Shown here: piece by piece, positions 62,640 through 64,000 of the stretch
How the letters are laid out: every line of letters starts with the position of its first letter
Position numbering within the stretch: position 1 is the first letter of the stretch
Source: Octopus sinensis
Taxonomy: Eukaryota
Reading direction: 5' to 3'
Assembly: GCF_006345805.1 (NCBI RefSeq)
Contig: NC_043004.1
Location: forward strand, 18,600,001 to 18,664,000
DNA length: 64,000 bases
Position numbers and translations under genes: made by a program
The notes under the pieces: model-generated
What the model saw: the letters and a program-made list of their open reading frames with translations, nothing else
Database searches by the model: none
What the model was told of the DNA's origin: nothing

Positions 62640-64000
62640 GATGGAGTCCCCCATCTCTTATTTCGCCCGTGACGAGCGAGATGAATACCCGGCGTTGTCG
62701 CCAAGTAAAAGAGGCGTTGTCGCCAAGAAAAAAGAGGCGTTGTCGCCGAGAAAAAAGAGGCGGCGTCGCCCAAGAAATGGAAAACCAGTACCAGCATCAA
62801 CTCCAGCAAAAAAATTCGCTGAAGTGGCTGGGAAAAAGATCAAAAAATAAATATAGAATTTTAAAAATTTGCAGACTGCGTAAAAAAAGAAGGCACAGAA
62901 GTGACTGTGGCCACAAACATACAAATACATGACGATATAGAAGAAAAAAAGAATAATATATAAAACTTACGACACAACGAAAAAATGATCCAAAAAATCG
63001 AAGAAAAAAAAAAGAGTCTTGTCTAAAACCGTTTATGGACAAAATAACGTATATAAACAGAGGAAAAGATACGGCACAGTGGAGGTGCGTTTTACTACGG
63101 AGGATATAGCGAAGAAACTATCGATGGAGCCGATCAAAGCGGAAAACATTGTCTTACTACCATTGTATAAAGGAAAAAGGACGTCAAAATTTCAATGAAC
63201 AACATACCGCCAGAGGCAGATGCTGAATGTCTGGTGGCAGCAGTGATGGTAGTCTGGAGGAAAAAAAAAACATCCTCCAGGCCACAGTGGAGGAAGATTT
63301 TTTGGAAAGGCCAAAAAATAGTGATAGCCATTCAGGCGGAGGTGCAAACACTGGAAGAAATTCCAGAAACGGTAAAGATTAGTGAAGACGAGAAAATAAC
63401 AGTGTTTCGTGGAGGGCAGGAAACCGAGGTGCTTCGGCTGCGGCAAGAAGGGGCATGTAAGGGCGGAATGCCAACCCCAACCCAAACCGCAGGAAGCACC
63501 TAAGCCAAAAGAAAAAGAAGACAATGTGTCACCAGAAGCAGCGTCAGACGGCCCAGAAGGGAAGACTGAAGGTGTGGAGGTGACGGTGACAGCAGAACCA
63601 GCGGCGGAAAAAAAAAGAGCGAGGAAAAGATAAATGAGGAGGGGGGAAAAATTATCGGAAAAAAAAAAAGAAAAACGGAAACACCCCTCCCAGAGTAATT
63701 TAAAAAAGAAAAAAGTCAATGAACTCATATATGGCCGTAAAGGCATCAAATAGCAGACTCGGAAACGTGTTGGCAGCCATGGCCAAAGTAGAGAAAGTAG
63801 AAAAAAAAATGACTTTGTAATTTACAGAATAGACCGGAGGATTACGGGCGGATAAAGTCAGAATTCTTCCATGACGTAGGCCCACTTAGATTGGATGTAA
63901 CATCTCCACATATATTCGAGGGCCTACGTCAGACTCCCCCACGAGGCCCAGAAAAAGAGTTTGAAGAACAAGAGAAAACCGAACCACTGATATAAGGTAA
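62640..64000 (+). CDS. Unit 5 distantly related Tx1-type ORF1, frameshifted, incomplete at the window edge
   Basis: KKFAEVAGKK, YINRGKRYGTVEVRF, NIPPEADAECLVAAVMV, EGRKPRCFGCGKKGHVRAEC. Confidence 0.7.

Larger units (their letters stand above)
55545..64000 (+). mobile_element. Head-to-tail array of ORF1-only Tx1-like units (3 near-identical, 2 diverged; runs off the window)
   Basis: ATGs at 55709, 57454 and 59198 (period 1744-1745); AATAAA at 57265, 59008, 60744 and 62402; no endonuclease or RT motifs between units. Confidence 0.9.

Noticed and set aside
62400-64000. Frameshifts as programmed recoding sites
   Set aside because: They fall in expanded A homopolymers, and in units 1-3 equivalent indels differ between copies, which fits sequencing error.

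Overview
Eukaryotic, AT-rich DNA saturated with microsatellites and transposon debris. The tRNA-derived SINE families and (TA)n/(CA)n density resemble a cephalopod (Octopus-like) genome; this is inferred from repeat content only. There are no prokaryotic features, CRISPR arrays, or intact rRNA/tRNA genes, and most ORFs in the supplied track are microsatellite artefacts. Recognisable content: relics of several ITm DNA transposons (mariner DD34D, Tc1 DD34E, DD37D, rosa-like, Sailor-like), non-LTR retrotransposon relics (Penelope-like, CR1/L2-like, R4/Dong-like, two Tx1/L1-clade copies, one R2), many SINEs, Helitron-like non-autonomous ends, foldback elements, and a possible signal-peptide exon of a host gene (19921-20010, minus strand). 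Three things stand out. (1) 55.5-64 kb is a head-to-tail array of ~1.74 kb units encoding only a Tx1-type ORF1 (CCHC knuckle) with no ORF2. The consensus ORF appears intact and the 3' tail is shared with a SINE in the same window. (2) A 5'-truncated R2 element lies outside rDNA, and its 3' end carries two colinear antisense blocks matching the 28S sequence just downstream of the canonical R2 site. (3) A hammerhead-ribozyme-like motif with a palindromic stem III sits at ~8 kb. Scattered 1-2 nt indels and homopolymer noise suggest an imperfectly polished long-read assembly, so frameshifts should be treated cautiously.
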